From Botryllus schlosseri (Eukaryota), in assembly GCA_051294905.1 (NCBI GenBank), contig CM119371.1:22136001-22200000 (forward strand): a DNA stretch of 64,000 nt. The letters are read 5' to 3'. Below the pieces are notes generated by a model. The model was given only the letters and a program-made list of their open reading frames with translations, had not been told where the DNA came from and did no database searches. Within the stretch, counting starts at the first letter, position 1. Each line of letters starts with the position of its first letter. Position numbers and translations under genes: made by a program. This document shows positions 61,297-64,000 of this stretch, one piece after another.

Positions 61297-62644
61297 CAGG
61301 CCGTGTTATTTTTGGCATTTCAGGAGCCAGATGCCAAAACTGCCAAAAATAAAAATTTGAAAATGCCAAAAATAAGCAATTTTTGGCATATGCCAAAAAT
61401 AACACGGCCTGCCAAATAGTGTATTTCGTTCATGGTGTTGTGTTAACAGGACCGCGTTACAAGCGAGAAGAGCGTCTGTGAAAGGCATGTTTCTTAATCT
61501 GGGTCCAACCCACCCATTAGGGGTAAAAGCATGGTGTCCTAAATGGTGTGGGCACAGCGAGATTGAACGGCTGACTTCATTTGGTTAACGTCATACTTTC
61601 CATTTGTCCAAAGGCAATTTTACGACCATTTTTGACCGGCTTGTCGAGCGTAAATTTGATAAAACGGGTATCAATGAGAAGCTGTCGCAGTACTGATTAT
61701 TAAAATATAAATTATATTCTGCTCATGGAACTGGAACCCCCAAAATCAACCACGATTTTTGCTTTGTGATCGAGTTGAACATTGTGACGCAACAAACTGT
61801 TTGGCTATTTCTGAGCTGTATAGTCTCGTTTTGCCAGACAGTCTTGTTGCGTCAATGTTCTTAAACAAGCTAACCTTCCTAGGACTCTTCCATGCGAGTT
61901 GGTAATATTAAAGCCACCTGAAGTGACAAAAGTCCTCCGAAAATACATCGGTAGACTGAAGGAGAAATGATAGTCGGGCTACTAAATAGAATGCGTTGAG
62001 AGACAACACAGGGATCTCCTAGAAAATGATCGGGAAGAAAATTCTTTCCGCGATGAGATCGATGACACTGGCGAAGTGATCTCTTTTCATGATGCATGGA
62101 AGGCGGTTCGGCCCTCCAAAGATTTTGAAGCTCTAAAAACCTTTTGTGGATAACTGGCAACATTCTTTCCCTAAACGGCTACTGTTGAAGCCGATATTTC
62201 CCAGATTCGCTGGGCGAGAAATGAATTTAGGAGAAACTTAGCTGACCTGAGTTTGGAAGCACTGTTACAGTGCAAACGATTTAAGTCTATTCAACAGCTA
62301 TAACAATCAGCTGTTTCGCGTGTTTGTTAGGCTTTTTTTCGCTTATTGGCACCGATTCCGATGGATACTGCACATTTTGTGGTTTCGTTTGATATTATTA
62401 ACCTATGAAATCGTTAGGTTTTTTCTTCTTCTTATTGTTTGTTGGCACTGATTATACGAGGATGCTGCACATTTTGTGGTGTCTTTTGACAAACTAGCCC
62501 AAATAAAGCGTTTTTGTGACTAATTCAAGGCTGATACTATCTATTTAGAGGTCGATGCCAAAACTGCCAAAAATAAAAATCGAAAAATGCCAAAAATAAG
62601 TTATTTTTGGCAGTTTTGGCATGTGCCAAAAATAACACGGCCTG
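61297..62644 (+). mobile_element. hAT-like element with GCCAAAA repeats and an extra internal right end
   Basis: 21-bp TIR CAGGCCGTGTTATTTTTGGCA. Perfect TSD GTTTTAGT around the whole unit. A second right TIR ends at 61411. Confidence 0.9.
61872..62303 (+). pseudogene. Atypical hAT-like transposase C-terminal remnant
   Basis: Single frame with in-frame stops: NLPRTLPCELV...SFHDAWKAVRPSKDFEALKTFCG*LATFFP*TATVEADISQIRWARNEFRRNLADLSLEALLQCKRF. It lies inside a TIR element with an 8-bp TSD. Confidence 0.7.
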
Positions 62645-64000
62645 GTTTTAGTGGAATAGATGATATCAAAAGGAGCGAAAAAAGTTACCTTTTTAATGAG
62701 GACACTTTATAGCTTAAGCTACATAGTAGCCAATTTGTTGCGCATCTGAACAAAATGTTGTTAAGTAACTTCATCTTCTTTTTGCATAACAATTTTCGGT
62801 TAGTTTGTGCGAATGAAATTTATTTTACAAAAAAAGTGCGAATGGAGCTCAAAAAGGTTGAAAAGCACTGCTCTAGTTGTTATAAGAATCGTACTTTCTT
62901 CATGACAGACACGAAACTGACTCTCACTCTCTCACTTTCGAAAGTCAACTTCAAACTGCTAGCGATGGAAGGCAGTTTATTTTCGTCCGCATAATCGCGG
63001 TGCTTTGACGATTAATACACGCAAAGTAACACTACCAATTTCCCTCCCCAATGCTAGGACTTTAGCCTACACCCGATAACATTGCTTATGATAAGTGCGT
63101 TCGAAAAGACTGATAATAAACGTTCGATAGGTGAATATTTTAATAGTATGACGAGTGGTACTTCTTTCGAAAGTGGCACGTCGTCTGCGATCCGGGAATT
63201 TGGCATGCGACCCTCAGATTGGTATTGTCCTTATATAAAAGTCAGCCATGCGCTCAGTATCGTTTCACTAATGCCACAAATTGTCGTAAAATCTGACTAC
63301 AATGCAGAATAAGTGCGCAGTTCATATAATAATCTGGGTCGCGTCTAATCACATTTACGGCGGAATTAGGGGCCAGAACATTGTGCTGTTGTGTATATGC
63401 TTTCGAATCGCTCGAATATGGTGACTTTTAGCCGTAGAGACTCTGCATTACAGAGGTATCACAATGTCCTACACTTCAAGTACCTTTACATTGTTTTATA
63501 GGTGGTTTTATGTGAGTGTTGAGCTATCCTAGCACTACTCTCAGATTTCTTGAGAGCTGGAACCGAAGAATGGGCACGTCTCAATCGAAAAGGCGAAAAA
63601 AATCTGGTGAGTACCGAGTAAAGATTTTTGGTAATATTTAAACTAACCGCATGGAGTCGCGAGAGGATATAGCTAAATATTTCTGCAGGTGTGGTGAAGG
63701 CGGGGTTATCATAGCCCTGAGTAGGTATAGTAGAAATTGCATCAAAGCTGATTCGAATCACATGCTGAGAATTTGGCTCGAATCGAATCGAGTCACCGCT
63801 CTCAAATACTATTTTATTGATCGAAATTTACATCGAATTGAAATTCAAAGCGATTTGCTTAGTGAAACACATAGAACAAACGAAATAATAAAATATTTAT
63901 GGACCCTACATGACCAGTGGCATTGCTTCCAGACGCGGAACGAATCTTTTGGAAGACGTAAGGGTAGCTGGGAATTGCAGATATTTATTCGCCTGATTTG

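Larger units (their letters stand above)
59533..62870. mobile_element. hAT Charlie-like element carrying two nested insertions
   Basis: Perfect 16-bp TIR CAGTGCTTTTCAACCT. Perfect TSD CTCTAGTT. GTGCGAA subterminal repeats. Confidence 0.93.

Noticed and set aside
331..63761. The many 60-140 aa ORFs in the track
   Set aside because: Most start at GTG or TTG, lie within repeats or antisense to the ZNF or LINE frames, and show no recognisable domain. Repeated peptides such as 42276/45336 simply reflect inverted repeats.
63446..64000. Possible CACTA-like or hAT-like element at the window end
   Set aside because: Degenerate start (CATTACAGAG) and a few GAATCG motifs only. No partner end lies within the window.

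Overview
Eukaryotic (animal-like) genomic DNA, not prokaryotic. The repeat repertoire would fit a marine invertebrate such as an ascidian, but that is a guess. Only two credible protein-coding ORFs are present: tandem minus-strand C2H2 zinc-finger arrays (6 fingers at 5742-6356; 18 fingers at 8949-10469, followed by decayed extra fingers). The rest is a dense, nested collection of transposon remnants. I delimited 17 elements by terminal inverted repeats (TIRs) plus 8-bp target-site duplications (TSDs), mostly hAT-type: Charlie/Buster, Ac-like, Blackjack and Tip100-like. Also present are four to five Tc2/pogo-like TA-flanked MITEs, two CACTA-like elements, two long-TIR foldbacks (one among the 17), a decayed Academ-like transposon, tRNA-derived SINEs, a CR1/L2-group LINE 3' end and two Penelope-like palindromes with a minimal hammerhead-like motif. 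The most unusual signals are: (1) both Penelope-like inserts sit exactly on DNA-transposon junctions; (2) a hAT-like transposase remnant resembles a family I associate with oomycetes, algae and mosses; (3) one internal module is shared across different TIR superfamilies; (4) an a-a'-b'-b double hairpin is built from a LINE tail. Family names come from terminal motifs and recalled protein motifs; no database search was run.
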